The notes: a model not told the origin generated them from the sequence alone. A DNA stretch of 64,000 bases from Candidatus Sericytochromatia bacterium (GCA_037968875.1 JBBKWI010000085.1:1072-65071); one strand, 5' to 3'. Counted from the stretch's first letter, positions 10,056 to 20,600 are shown. Program-made: numbers and translations.

Positions 10056-10480
10056 AGGGTATAACCCAATTGCTTGAGCAAGGGGATCACCGTATGGTAG
10101 TCCATAATATAGCCCAATTTGAGCAGTTTTAAGGGTTCAACCCAGGCAAATTGACTACTTTCACGCGGGCTTAAACGCACGGGTTTAAGTGAAACTAAAT
10201 CGCATCTAAAATAGTAGCATTGCGCACTATTTAAAACCAAATCACGAATCTTGACCTCTAAGGCAGACTCCTCAAAAACTTCGCGTATGCAGGCGGCTTC
10301 GGGGCTTTCCTGGGCATTAATTCGTCCACCGGGTAGACACCATTGGCCAGGACGACTGGTATAAGCACTGCGTTGTAAAAACAGCAATTGCTGCCGATGT
10401 TCAATGAGAGCCAAAGCAGCAGCCATGGCTAGTCGCCTCCATAGATTAATAAGCGTTGCATTAGTTTGAAGCCAGACCAA
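10052..10480 (-). CDS. NUDIX hydrolase
   Basis: ORF of 142 aa with the Nudix box 'GGRINAQESPEAACIREVFEESALEV'. Confidence 0.6.
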   Translation of the reverse strand: MVWLQTNATLINLWRRLAMAAALALIEHRQQLLFLQRSAYTSRPGQWCLPGGRINAQESPEAACIREVFEESALEVKIRDLVLNSAQCYYFRCDLVSLKPVRLSPRESSQFAWVEPLKLLKLGYIMDYHTVIPLLKQLGYTL

Positions 10481-12035
10481 GGGTTACCCAGAGTGTATTT
10501 TCACCTTGCTCAATCGAGTGTTGCTGATGTATACCCAGCCCAATTTTATTCCAGTCTGATAGGGTTAAAATTTCCAGCTGTTTTTGGAGTTTGCGGATGC
10601 AATCTTCTAAATTATTGGCGCTTAAAATCAGGGTGCTCATTTTTTGGTAATAGCCCCCATTTTTTTGATAGCGTTGAGAAAAGTCCAGGCCTTCAACAGA
10701 ATATTGCAAGAGGTCTTGCCTGGCCATCAGCCGGGAATGGATCAGGGCTTGCTGTGCAAATAAATTTTCATCAATCAAACCAGGGGTGTTATCCTGGGCG
10801 CGCCAGCGATTGATTTGCTCAATGATATCCTGGCGGACTTTGGCTATATTTTGAGGGGGTTGCTTGGTTTGGAACATTTGGGTAATGTAAAATTGTTGGC
10901 CATTAAAATAAACGCCCATGCCAATGTGGGTAAAGTCGCGCTGCAATATATTTGCCCGATGGCCGGGACTTTTCATGAGTTGGTTAAAAGCGTTAGAAAT
11001 AGAAACATCAAAGGCGATATTCTCCCCGACCTGACCATAGCCGCCTTGTTTACGAAAGCGTTGATTGGGATCATCCCGATCGGGATTAACATGGGCAAAA
11101 TAATTTCGTTTAGACATATCTTCGCTATGTTTAAAAGCGACGAAATTCAGGCGTTTATCACTTGCCAGGGCCGAAAGCCCGTGCTCTTGGCGCACTTTAT
11201 TCACACGTTGCAATAAGAATTCCACTGCCTGTCCAGTATCTTCAAAGCGATTGACCTGATTGGACTTGAGCTCACCTTTTAAAGGGTATGGCTGCCCGAC
11301 AAATAGAGGTAAAATTGTTGCTACACGTGGTCCCTGACGTGCTTGATTGACCAAAAGCTCAACTGTATATTCACCCGTTCGCGTAAAAGGAATAGCGAAA
11401 GTATATTGATTCCCCTGATGGCTCTGTGGTTTAAAAGTCGTCACATGACCATCAGGGAAAGTCACTGGCATGCGAGGTGTTTTAAAACCGGGTCTGAGCT
11501 GGGTATTGACTTTGAGGGTTTGAGCGCGAGGCAACGTACGCGGTAAGCTTTTGATTTCAGCGAGATATTCGAGCAGGATCACCGTTGCCCAGAGGGCTTT
11601 GCCAGATTTGGGATGATTCCCTGTTTTGAGACCGATAGCAATATGGGTTGCTTCTTTAGAAATGAGAGCAGGATTGCTTTTTAATTGATCAAAGATATCT
11701 TGTGGCGTATAACCGATGGCGATAAAGCGGTGCTGGGCGCGGCCAGAGACGCGGGCGTAACCCAGTTGATAGTCCAGACTACCGCGTTGAGGAGAGTCTA
11801 AATCAAAGAATTGATTTTTCTCCATGTCCTGGCTATGTTGCCTGGCCACTTGCTGTGCGGCTGAGTCCAATTGCAAAGTGGCTATGTTTTGGCTGCGACG
11901 GTAACGATTAACGAGATTAATCAATTGAAATTCAAGAGTTTGATTCTCAATTTGCGCACTGGCGGGCAGTGCAAAACATAATATAAGTAATAGTGGCAGG
12001 AAAATTCGCATCAGACCGGTTATTCGCTCCAGCAA
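10461..12035 (-). CDS. Secreted protein with three CAP (SCP/PR-1/YkwD-like) domains
   Basis: ORF of 524 aa with a signal peptide. CAP-like modules recur three times; the clearest is 'HSEDMSKRNYFAHVNP...GENIA...SPGHRANIL...FTHIGMG'. Confidence 0.6.
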   Translation of the reverse strand: MLERITGLMRIFLPLLLILCFALPASAQIENQTLEFQLINLVNRYRRSQNIATLQLDSAAQQVARQHSQDMEKNQFFDLDSPQRGSLDYQLGYARVSGRAQHRFIAIGYTPQDIFDQLKSNPALISKEATHIAIGLKTGNHPKSGKALWATVILLEYLAEIKSLPRTLPRAQTLKVNTQLRPGFKTPRMPVTFPDGHVTTFKPQSHQGNQYTFAIPFTRTGEYTVELLVNQARQGPRVATILPLFVGQPYPLKGELKSNQVNRFEDTGQAVEFLLQRVNKVRQEHGLSALASDKRLNFVAFKHSEDMSKRNYFAHVNPDRDDPNQRFRKQGGYGQVGENIAFDVSISNAFNQLMKSPGHRANILQRDFTHIGMGVYFNGQQFYITQMFQTKQPPQNIAKVRQDIIEQINRWRAQDNTPGLIDENLFAQQALIHSRLMARQDLLQYSVEGLDFSQRYQKNGGYYQKMSTLILSANNLEDCIRKLQKQLEILTLSDWNKIGLGIHQQHSIEQGENTLWVTLGLASN

Positions 12036-12142
12036 AACAGCGTTACTAGGCCGATTATATCAGACCTTCAACCCTCGATAAAAGATAGATAGGGGGTTTT
12101 TTAGAAGGGCTGTCCAAAGATAAGATAGTTTAAGAGTCCAAA

Positions 12143-12763
12143 TTGATGCAAAAGGAAGAGCTTTTAATGAAACAAATTCAATGGCAGCGAATTGCCCCGA
12201 TTTCACTTGCGGGAGGAGTGCTTGCCGGGATCTGGTTTTATAAGTCTAGCCGGGCGCGTGCCCAGCAGGAGTCTCAAGAAATTGTTGACCACGTTGATTT
12301 GCGACGCCTGATGGGAACCTGGTATGAAATTGCACGTTTCCCGAATCTATTTCAAAAAGAGGACTGGGTCGGGGCAACAGATAATTATTATCCCCAGGAG
12401 AACGGAGAGATTGAAGTGATCTACCGTTACCATGAAAAACAGTTTGATGCCCCGCTAAAAGAAATCAAAGCAAAAATGTGGCGTGAGCCCAAAGATGCGC
12501 CAAGTGGCAAATTTAAGTATCAGGCTTTGTGGCCCTTTACTGTAGATTATTGGGTGATTGAATTGGGTACGGAATATGAGTATCTGGTGATTGGCTATCC
12601 CAACCACAATATGCTATGGATTATGTCTCGCACTCCGAGTCTGGACGAAGGCACTTACCGAGGCATTTTAGAGCGTGTAGCTAATCAAGGCTATGATGTG
12701 TCTAAACTGATCAAAGTCCCCCAGCCCAGTCATGCCAGAGCGATTTTAGCTCCTACGCCTTAG
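12143..12763 (+). CDS. blc: Bacterial lipocalin (Blc-like)
   Basis: ORF of 206 aa with 'LRRLMGTWYEIARFPN', the structurally conserved lipocalin region. Confidence 0.7.
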   Translation: MMQKEELLMKQIQWQRIAPISLAGGVLAGIWFYKSSRARAQQESQEIVDHVDLRRLMGTWYEIARFPNLFQKEDWVGATDNYYPQENGEIEVIYRYHEKQFDAPLKEIKAKMWREPKDAPSGKFKYQALWPFTVDYWVIELGTEYEYLVIGYPNHNMLWIMSRTPSLDEGTYRGILERVANQGYDVSKLIKVPQPSHARAILAPTP

Positions 12764-13809
12764 TAACGCAGGATCTGTAAATTGAGTAAACGCTGGTAAT
12801 AGGCATCTTGCTCTGGCGGGCTCAATAAAAGCACTGTTGAGATCGCGTCTGCCTGCGTCGCCGTCGGCGCAATCACCGTTATCTGATTTGCTGGATTGGC
12901 AGGGTAACCGGTTCGGGGATCGATAATATGACCATAGACCTGGCCTGCTATTTCAAAAGATTGTTCTACTTGGTTGGAGCTTGAGATGGCCTGATTCTGG
13001 AGCCAGAAAATTTTGTCTATAGTCTCAAGTTCCCTGGCGGGATTGTCAGGGGAAACTCTGAGACGAACGGGCCAACCCTGATTTGATATTGAACGGTTTA
13101 ACTGGGGTGGAGAGCCCCAAAATATCTGAGTAGATCCGCCAGCGTCAATGGCGGCATATGCCACTCCCTGCGCTTTGATCCAGTGCATGGCAGCATCGAG
13201 AGCAAGGCCTTTGCCAATCGCTCCAAAGTCCAGCCGTGTTCCTGAACGCAATAAGCGAAACTGGCAGGGTTGGCTTTTGTTGGTAAGCAAAGGGGCTCGC
13301 AGTTCAAAGGGGCTGGGGTGGATTTTTTGCAAAGCTTGTTTAATTTCTGCTGATGTCGGGAGCCGGTAGTCACGGCTTTTAAATCCCCAAATTTGCATCA
13401 GCGGTTCCAGGCCAATATTAAAGGCTCCTGCTGAAACATGTTGATAATATCTAGATTCAATCAGGGCCTGACACAGGATCGGCGAGATTGCTACGGATTG
13501 CTGAGGATCATCAGCAATGGTTTCAGCCTTTGCCAGCACGCGATTGAGTTCACTTGTCTCTAGATAATCGCTGAGCGCCTGATCATAAGCCCGCAAACGC
13601 TCAAAAACAGTGGTGAAGAGATTGCTATTGGCAGCTGGCAGCTGTACCGTAAACAGGGTTCCCATAATATACTCTGCCCGTTGTAGCGGTCTGGCTGGGG
13701 GTTCTGGCATGGCAAAAGCCGCCGAGCTAGAGCAAATAAACAGGCAATAGTATAGCCAAAGCTTAATGGGAGTAGGCAGGTATTTGATCAATGGTATAGA
13801 GATTTTCAA
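12760..13809 (-). CDS. apbE: FAD:protein FMN transferase (ApbE family)
   Basis: ORF of 349 aa with a signal peptide or lipobox. The ApbE-like core includes 'DFGAIGKG' and 'AIDAGGS'. Confidence 0.65.
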   Translation of the reverse strand: MKISIPLIKYLPTPIKLWLYYCLFICSSSAAFAMPEPPARPLQRAEYIMGTLFTVQLPAANSNLFTTVFERLRAYDQALSDYLETSELNRVLAKAETIADDPQQSVAISPILCQALIESRYYQHVSAGAFNIGLEPLMQIWGFKSRDYRLPTSAEIKQALQKIHPSPFELRAPLLTNKSQPCQFRLLRSGTRLDFGAIGKGLALDAAMHWIKAQGVAYAAIDAGGSTQIFWGSPPQLNRSISNQGWPVRLRVSPDNPARELETIDKIFWLQNQAISSSNQVEQSFEIAGQVYGHIIDPRTGYPANPANQITVIAPTATQADAISTVLLLSPPEQDAYYQRLLNLQILRY

Positions 13810-15202
13810 TTTTGATACAGTCGAATTCGGCCTGATAAACGCGTTCCAATAAAGACACGATCATTTGATGGCTAATGCCTTGTTCCTGAGGATGCAAAAA
13901 ACGGCAGTGCCAGCGATCGGTGCGCCGGGTTTCAGCAAAGCCATTTGGCCAGACAATGACACCCAGATTGGTTATCAATTTCAAGCGCAATTCTGTATCA
14001 GAAAGTTCTAGCATACTGGCAGCCAGGGCCTCAGCATCTTCTGAACGCCAATCAAAAAAGAGATCGACTCCCACCAATTCTTTTTCGACCTGAGGGATTT
14101 GATACTGAAATGGCTGTTGTTTATGGGCATTGGAACCCTTTGGGTAGGTGACGAGGGCTAAGCATTGTGGGTTTTGCCCCAGGCGTTCAATGACCGCATT
14201 GGCAAAAGCCTGAGTACCGACCCGTTGCTGTGAAAGCCCTTCTCGGTAGACGTCTACAGTATGGTAGCCCTCTTCTAAGGTTCTTAAGAGGGCGTTATGC
14301 ACCTTCTGAGCGATGGTACCCTGACCAATCTGAACCAACATCATCACAGCGGCTAAAAGTAAGCCACTGGGGTTAGCCAGATCCTGTTCAGCTAAACCGG
14401 GTGCTGAGCCATGAATCGCTTCAAACATGACACCCCGATCTCCAAAATTTGCAGCTCCCCCCAGGCCTTTTGAACCGGTGGTAATCTGGGCCACGACATC
14501 AGATAAAATATCGCCATAGAGATTGGGAATCACAATCACATCGTAATCTTGAGGTCTTTCTGTTAAGCGAGCTGTGCCGGTATCCAAACTCTGATGTTCA
14601 CAGTCGATCTCCGGATAGTCCTGAGCAATTTCACGAAAAATTTGATGAAAAAAACCATCGGTGAATTCCATCACCTTGTCTTTGGTAAAGGCCGAGACTT
14701 TTTTGCGATTATTGTGTCGGGCGTATTCAAAAGCATAGCGGATGATTTTTTCGCAGCCAGGGCGTGAGATCAGTTTTAGACATTGCACGACGTCTGTGGT
14801 CTGGCGATGCTCAATGCCCCCGTAGAGATCTTCTTCATTCTCCCGGATAATCACGACATCCAGGTGGGGATGTCGTGAGGGTATATAAGGGTGAAAAGAA
14901 ATACAGGGTCGAATATTGGCGTAGAGGCCCAGAGATTTACGAATCGTGACATTTAGATTCTTATACTGACTGCCCTGGGGTGTAGTCACCGGTGCTTTTA
15001 AGAAGACCTGGGTTCGCCGAATGCTTTCCCAGGCTGCTTCACGAATACCGGCAAGCTCGCCCTCACGATAGATTTTTTCGCCAATTTCGATCACTTCAGG
15101 CTGGAGCGCGGCGCCAGCAGAATCCAGAATGCGCAGGACCGCAGACATGATTTCAGGGCCGATACCGTCTCCATAGGCCACCGTGATGGGCTGTGGCTGC
15201 AT
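13763..15202 (-). CDS. Isocitrate/isopropylmalate dehydrogenase-family protein with a ~130-aa C-terminal extension
   Basis: ORF of 479 aa with 'YGDGIGPEI', 'SLNVTIRK', 'NLYGDILSD' and 'HGSAPGLA'. The canonical fold ends at about residue 345. Confidence 0.65.
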   Translation of the reverse strand: MQPQPITVAYGDGIGPEIMSAVLRILDSAGAALQPEVIEIGEKIYREGELAGIREAAWESIRRTQVFLKAPVTTPQGSQYKNLNVTIRKSLGLYANIRPCISFHPYIPSRHPHLDVVIIRENEEDLYGGIEHRQTTDVVQCLKLISRPGCEKIIRYAFEYARHNNRKKVSAFTKDKVMEFTDGFFHQIFREIAQDYPEIDCEHQSLDTGTARLTERPQDYDVIVIPNLYGDILSDVVAQITTGSKGLGGAANFGDRGVMFEAIHGSAPGLAEQDLANPSGLLLAAVMMLVQIGQGTIAQKVHNALLRTLEEGYHTVDVYREGLSQQRVGTQAFANAVIERLGQNPQCLALVTYPKGSNAHKQQPFQYQIPQVEKELVGVDLFFDWRSEDAEALAASMLELSDTELRLKLITNLGVIVWPNGFAETRRTDRWHCRFLHPQEQGISHQMIVSLLERVYQAEFDCIKIENLYTIDQIPAYSH

Positions 15203-16774
15203 TTATTCTTGTCCTTTAAGTGCAAAGACCGGAATAATGCCCCCTCCAGCACCGACATTAATCACTTTGGACTCAGAGATGCGTCCGAGGCAGCCGACAT
15301 ATTTACCATTAAAGACATAGGGGTTTAAGTTCAGGTTCTTTTTCTCGAGCTTAACCTGACTGTCTTTGATTAATGGAAACTCATACTCTGGAATATCTAC
15401 GGCTTCTTGTACAATCCACCAGGGGCAGCCCATTGCATTTTCAATGACAGAGGCCCATTTGTCTTTTTCGGTAAACTTACCGACATAGACTTCATAGCCG
15501 CCAGCGGCCCAGGTGGGTTTCAGGACCAATTCGTCTTGCTGCTTGACCGCATATTCATGTAGAGAAATATCTTCTCCATCTTTTGAGATCGTAATGGATT
15601 CATCCATTTTACGGGTCCAGGGCAAATGATCCCGCAGGCACTGGGCTTCTTTTTGACTAAAGTAATGGTGGTTTTCTTCGTTGCTTAAAAAGGACAGCAT
15701 TTCTTTTTGTGAGCCCAGGGAGGCTCTGAAATGATTCACAGTACACACGGCTCCATCGGCGAGGGCCTGGTGAAAGTCACGCATTTCACGTGGAAAGCGC
15801 TTAAAGAAAGTGAAGCGCAGGCAGATATTGATAATATCAAAGCTGACATTGCCTGAGTAAAGCTTGCCATTGCGATATTCAAAGTCGCGCGGATCAATAA
15901 AGTTGGCTTCGATCCCATGTTCTATTAAAAAGTCGCGAATGATCTCATTGTCAGAGCCAGCCAATAATTCTTTAAAAGAAACCAGAGCCACACGGGGATT
16001 TTTTTTGGTGCCGCCCCATTCTTTATAGCAATTTAAAAGCGCATCTTTTAAGGCATAAAGCATAGGCCGATCGGGCACTCTGCAATATTTGGCAATCAGA
16101 TCTTTGTACAAAGGTGAATGAATGGCCAGATCTTCAAAGGTATCGACCCAGCCTCGGCCTCCCGGGTTATCAGTATTGAACTCAATAAATTTGAGGTTTT
16201 TACCGTCATAAAGGGCGTCATGGCGGCTGAGTATGGTGGGTTTGCTATATTTGGGGTCCCAGTTGATCCATTCCAGGGGGATATCTGGGTAAGGGAAATA
16301 AGAACGGACATACTCATCTTTAAAATAGAGCTTAATCGCTTTGTCCAGAATCTTATCGAGATCTTCGGCTGCTTTGGCAATGCGATCCAAAGAACTGGCT
16401 TTCAAAAACATCGGTGCCAGGGTGACGGGTAGAATTCCGCCACCACTGCCGTAATGACAGCGGCGTTTTAGCAATTGCGACATAAAGTGCTGGCGATGCT
16501 TCATGACTTCACGGGGGTGTTCGATCATCCAATCTGTCAGGGCTTTTTCGGCAGCTTCAAAATTTTGCTCAATCGTGGGATTGACGGAAGGGGGCTCCAA
16601 AAGCTCTTGTCCAGGCAGTATATCTTTGCTATGACTTGCTGATTGAGCGACTGTTTTAACTTTTTTTGTACTTTTGCTAGTGACTTTACTAACTTTGGCA
16701 GTGGCTGAGGTCTTTTGTTCAGTTTTGACAGACTTTTTTGGCATGCATGCTCTCCTGAAGAATCGTGCTAACAC
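15203..16774 (-). CDS. ATP-grasp-like protein (glutathionylspermidine synthase / circularly permuted ATP-grasp family), K-rich N-terminus
   Basis: ORF of 523 aa that abuts the IDH-like gene. Family membership is uncertain and based on general resemblance. Confidence 0.35.
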   Translation of the reverse strand: MLARFFRRACMPKKSVKTEQKTSATAKVSKVTSKSTKKVKTVAQSASHSKDILPGQELLEPPSVNPTIEQNFEAAEKALTDWMIEHPREVMKHRQHFMSQLLKRRCHYGSGGGILPVTLAPMFLKASSLDRIAKAAEDLDKILDKAIKLYFKDEYVRSYFPYPDIPLEWINWDPKYSKPTILSRHDALYDGKNLKFIEFNTDNPGGRGWVDTFEDLAIHSPLYKDLIAKYCRVPDRPMLYALKDALLNCYKEWGGTKKNPRVALVSFKELLAGSDNEIIRDFLIEHGIEANFIDPRDFEYRNGKLYSGNVSFDIINICLRFTFFKRFPREMRDFHQALADGAVCTVNHFRASLGSQKEMLSFLSNEENHHYFSQKEAQCLRDHLPWTRKMDESITISKDGEDISLHEYAVKQQDELVLKPTWAAGGYEVYVGKFTEKDKWASVIENAMGCPWWIVQEAVDIPEYEFPLIKDSQVKLEKKNLNLNPYVFNGKYVGCLGRISESKVINVGAGGGIIPVFALKGQE

Positions 16775-16907
16775 TTTAGCATGGATCCGACTGAATACAG
16801 AGCCAGATTTGGACTTTAGAATGACGATTTCAGCTCAAGAAAAACTTCTATTGAAAGTAGTGATGGGCACCTGTTTCCACTTAGCTAGTGCTCAGTAAGT
16901 GACTGGA

Positions 16908-17645
16908 CTAGTTTTCTGAACCGGATTGATCTTCTTTGCGCTCTTCAGTAGAGTTATCGACAAAAGGCATATTTGCTTGAACCGGGTTTTCGCGATAAGT
17001 ATAGCTATAATCACTCTCGTTTTCGAGACTTAAATTATCGTCGGCGGGATTGGTTTGAGACCCCTGGCCTGTGGGGTTCGTTTGTGGGTCCTCAGGCGCA
17101 GTTGTGTTTGCTGTGGGATCGACCTGAGGCTCATCTTTTTCTTTTTTTTCGGGGATTTGAAAGCTATTGGGTTCAAAATTCGCGATATTTCGACTTGCAA
17201 CCAGAGTTTTGAAATGATCTTGAGATCCAACGCCCAGAGAATTTATCGAACGCGTGATACCGGCCATCATCCCCGTATTTTCCACGACATTCATAGAAGA
17301 ATTGATGGCATTAAAGAATTGCTTGGCTGCACGTGAGCCAGATTGATCGACGCGTTTGCGAATGACCTGCATTTCTGAGTTTTCTAGCTTATCGTTGTTT
17401 AGAAAGCCTTTGTCAGTAAAGTTGAAGACGCTATCCATTATCTGCCGAACAGCTTCAATATCTTTTTCGGGAAGTCCGCTTTGCTTGAGCCCAGTGAGTA
17501 TGGTTTTATAATCTTCGCGGCTAAACTGATTGTCTTTGGTGAGCGCTTTGACTTGATTAATTAATTCATCACTTAAAGGGTTGCGCGGAGCCGTCTGGCT
17601 GGGCTGCGTTTGTGCTGCTGGGTTCGGAGTTCCTGAAACGTTCAT
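16908..17645 (-). CDS. Hypothetical low-complexity protein rich in Q, P, N and E
   Basis: ORF of 245 aa, probably disordered. It is the last gene of the FHA/HD-GYP operon. Confidence 0.35.
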   Translation of the reverse strand: MNVSGTPNPAAQTQPSQTAPRNPLSDELINQVKALTKDNQFSREDYKTILTGLKQSGLPEKDIEAVRQIMDSVFNFTDKGFLNNDKLENSEMQVIRKRVDQSGSRAAKQFFNAINSSMNVVENTGMMAGITRSINSLGVGSQDHFKTLVASRNIANFEPNSFQIPEKKEKDEPQVDPTANTTAPEDPQTNPTGQGSQTNPADDNLSLENESDYSYTYRENPVQANMPFVDNSTEERKEDQSGSEN

Positions 17646-17706
17646 CGATGATGCCCCTTAGCTAATGATCTCTGTTTATTATACCCAGATTTTGAAATCG
17701 AAAACA

Positions 17707-19068
17707 TCAAAAAAGGTTTTGGGAGATTTGGATGTCTGCTGTGGACTGTAGAAACAAGCTCTGAATGTGATCTGCTGGCAAGGTTAAAAAAGCCTCGACG
17801 ACTTCTGGGTCGTACATTTTACCGCTGTATTTGATAATTTCTTCACGGGCAATTTTATCGGGCAAACCTTTGCGATAAGAGCGGTCCGAAGTCATTGCAT
17901 CATAGGTATCTGCGACGGCTAAAATGCGGCTGCCAATCGGTATGTTTTCGCCTTTGAGGCGGTCTGGGTAGCCATTGCCATCAAATCGTTCATGGTGATG
18001 ACGAACCATAGGTGCATGATCCTCGAGACACTTAACGGATTTCAAAAGGGCTGCAGACATCCCCGGGTGGGCTTTAATTCGATTGTATTCAAGATCGGTC
18101 AGTGGGCCTGGTTTGTCCAGAATGCAGCGCGGAATACCCACTTTGCCTGCATCATGCAAAAAACCAGCGCGTTCGCAGCGATCAGCAACCTCTTCACTAT
18201 AAGACATGGCGCCAGCAATCGCTTTGGCCAAGATGCCGACCCGTAAAGAGTGTCCTTGTGTGTATTTATGCTTGGTATCAATCACGTGTGAAAAAACCTT
18301 CAGAGTGAGATCAAAATAATCGACTTCAACATCCATTAGCATCGCCAGGTCAACGGCGTCGATGCCCAATAAATTCCACTCTTCAGTATTAAAATTACGT
18401 GCGCCCCAGATCTCTGTTTCGGCTAATAATTTGCTAAAAGCGGCTAAGATATCAGGCGAGAAACGCCCTTTTAGGGCTGGCGCCAAACGGCGCTTCATTT
18501 CGTTGCGATCATGATAGATACTGGCGGCAACATCAAAGATATCACAGAGCCCAATGATTTGTGCACCGAGGGGAATATTGTCGCCTTTTAGACCATCTGG
18601 ATAGCCACTGCCGTCCCAGGCTTCGTGGTGCCAACGAATCAGTTGAGCACTGGATTGTAGGGTGGGTAATTGGGCTACAATCGCTGCACCGACTGCCGGG
18701 TGGGGTTTGATAAACGGATCAAATTGCCATTCAAAAAAATCACAATCCTGATTTTCTTTGGGATAGCCAACTTCACCCACGTCATGCAATAAACCAGCAT
18801 AAAAAAGCTCTCTGAGTTCTGGGGGCTTCATACCAATGTATTTACCCAGTTGAACGGCACTCAGGGCAACATTATAGCCATGCTGAGCATCATAACCTTC
18901 GGCTAAATCGATGACCAGGGCGAGCGTCTTGATAATATCTTTGAATTGCCGGCGCTCTTCTCCCTGAATAAACTGAGAAATGATAGCGTTTGAACGGGCC
19001 ATTTTGTGCTCACTTTGACTTCGGAATAAACCCATCTTAACATGTGCCGATTCTATCAATCTATACAA
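17707..19068 (-). CDS. Protein with two tandem HD-GYP domains
   Basis: ORF of 453 aa with two complete HD plus GYP sets: 'LLHDVGEVG...HHEAWDGSGYPDGLKG' and 'FLHDAGKVG...HHERFDGNGYPDRLKG'. Confidence 0.7.
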   Translation of the reverse strand: MYRLIESAHVKMGLFRSQSEHKMARSNAIISQFIQGEERRQFKDIIKTLALVIDLAEGYDAQHGYNVALSAVQLGKYIGMKPPELRELFYAGLLHDVGEVGYPKENQDCDFFEWQFDPFIKPHPAVGAAIVAQLPTLQSSAQLIRWHHEAWDGSGYPDGLKGDNIPLGAQIIGLCDIFDVAASIYHDRNEMKRRLAPALKGRFSPDILAAFSKLLAETEIWGARNFNTEEWNLLGIDAVDLAMLMDVEVDYFDLTLKVFSHVIDTKHKYTQGHSLRVGILAKAIAGAMSYSEEVADRCERAGFLHDAGKVGIPRCILDKPGPLTDLEYNRIKAHPGMSAALLKSVKCLEDHAPMVRHHHERFDGNGYPDRLKGENIPIGSRILAVADTYDAMTSDRSYRKGLPDKIAREEIIKYSGKMYDPEVVEAFLTLPADHIQSLFLQSTADIQISQNLF

Positions 19069-19095
19069 TTCAGCACATGTTATTACAGATAAGAC

Positions 19096-19554
19096 TTAAG
19101 CGTCGTCTGAGTTTGTTTCGGCTTCAACCTGCGATTCTTCTAGTTCTGACTGGGTTTGAGCAGATTCTGAAGCGGGTAATATTTCAAAGCGAAAAAAAGT
19201 TTTCCCCATAATCACTTCATCGCCATCTTTAATTTCGTGGGTTTCGCCAGGGACGAGTCGAGGGCCCCGGTTAATATAGGTGCCATTCAGGCTGCCCATA
19301 TCTTCCAGCATATACGCTTGCTCCACAAATTGGATGCGGGCATGCTTACGCGAAATTTTAGCTTCTATATCGTCATTGGTCAAATCAATTTCGGGGAAAG
19401 CTCCTCCGTCAGGATCCCAACGCCCAATAGACGTGGATTCCGTATCAAGTGTGAAAATTTTACCCTGGGTTCCACCCCGTAGTATGACCAGTTTTCCCTG
19501 GGGTTGTACTGACTTGTCGCTCAAGATTATGTCCTGCCTTCTCAACGTAAACAA
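19096..19554 (-). CDS. FHA-domain protein
   Basis: ORF of 152 aa with the FHA signature 'GR...D..L.....SR.HA.I......Y.L.D.GS.NGT..N'. Confidence 0.7.
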   Translation of the reverse strand: MFTLRRQDIILSDKSVQPQGKLVILRGGTQGKIFTLDTESTSIGRWDPDGGAFPEIDLTNDDIEAKISRKHARIQFVEQAYMLEDMGSLNGTYINRGPRLVPGETHEIKDGDEVIMGKTFFRFEILPASESAQTQSELEESQVEAETNSDDA

Positions 19555-19814
19555 ATTTGACCCATCTATTTTAACACGAAGTATAGGTGGCGTGGCGCAT
19601 GCCTATTGACAAAATTCTAAAATGGTTTTGTGAGCAAGTTAACATCTGCTTGCCGATCTCGACTATTATGTTTTAAACTCGGTTTATATAGCATTAAGGT
19701 TATATTAAATAATCATAATGCTTTTTTAGGGTGTTTGATACATGCTGAACAAGTTCAGGTGTATTAGAACAACCCTCACTAGATTAAAATGTTTACATAA
19801 AGGAGGACAAAAGC

Positions 19815-20546
19815 ATGAAACTAAGAAATCTATTTGTTTGCAGTCTGCTTTTGGCCCACTTAACGGTTTCTGCCAGTGCCAAACCCCAGGCGGTTTTTGG
19901 CTATACTTCGACCCCTCAGCAAGTGAGTCTCACACAAAATGGTTATGACTCTCTCAGCTTTAAGCAAGTTCCGACGAGCTTATCTCCGCTTTTAAGTGCC
20001 GATTTGGCAACCTTGTCTCGTCGTTTAAACCAGCTTCAATCTCAGCGCTTTGAGCCGCAATACCTTCAGCCAGTACTGGTTGCAGGTAAATTGCAGATAC
20101 GCTATCAGGATCAAGTCATGCTTGAGCCTAACCCGGCCTGGGCTCACTATTTTAATAAATCTGAATTAACGACCACCTTACTCTTAAACAATCGCTTGCG
20201 TCGTCACTTTGGGGTGGCTCCGTTACGGACCTACACATTCCTGAGTAATTCAAATGCTGATCAGGTTGGCTTTGCTTCCTGGTATGGTGAATTCTTTCAT
20301 GGGCGTCTAACTGCTAATGGTGAACGCTATGATGTCAATCAATTGACTGCAGCGCACAAACAACTGCCCTTTGGAACCCGAGTATTGGTGACTAACCTGG
20401 TCAGTAAAAAATCAGTTGTGGTTAAAATTAACGATCGTGGCCCCTTTAAAGCCAAACGTATCATTGATTTATCGCCAGCAGCCTTTAAGCAGATTGGTTA
20501 TTTGGGCACAGGGGTGATGCAAGTGAAACTGACGGTTTTATCTTAA
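19815..20546 (+). CDS. rlpA: Septal ring lytic transglycosylase RlpA-family lipoprotein (DPBB domain)
   Basis: ORF of 243 aa with '[18 protein letters not shown]....TAAHK.LPFGT.V.VTNL...[13 protein letters not shown]'. A strong SD (AAGGAGG) precedes the ATG. Confidence 0.75.
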   Translation: MKLRNLFVCSLLLAHLTVSASAKPQAVFGYTSTPQQVSLTQNGYDSLSFKQVPTSLSPLLSADLATLSRRLNQLQSQRFEPQYLQPVLVAGKLQIRYQDQVMLEPNPAWAHYFNKSELTTTLLLNNRLRRHFGVAPLRTYTFLSNSNADQVGFASWYGEFFHGRLTANGERYDVNQLTAAHKQLPFGTRVLVTNLVSKKSVVVKINDRGPFKAKRIIDLSPAAFKQIGYLGTGVMQVKLTVLS

Positions 20547-20600
20547 ATTAACGAAATAGGGCAACACTTTTTTCAGTTCTCGCTATAATAGTGTCAGAAC

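Noticed and set aside
17143-17160. The T-rich tract 'tttttctttttttttcgggg' as a possible terminator or slippery site
   Set aside because: It lies inside the minus-strand 245-aa ORF, where it encodes 'PEKKEKDE'. No stem precedes it. It is just a Lys/Glu-rich coding stretch.
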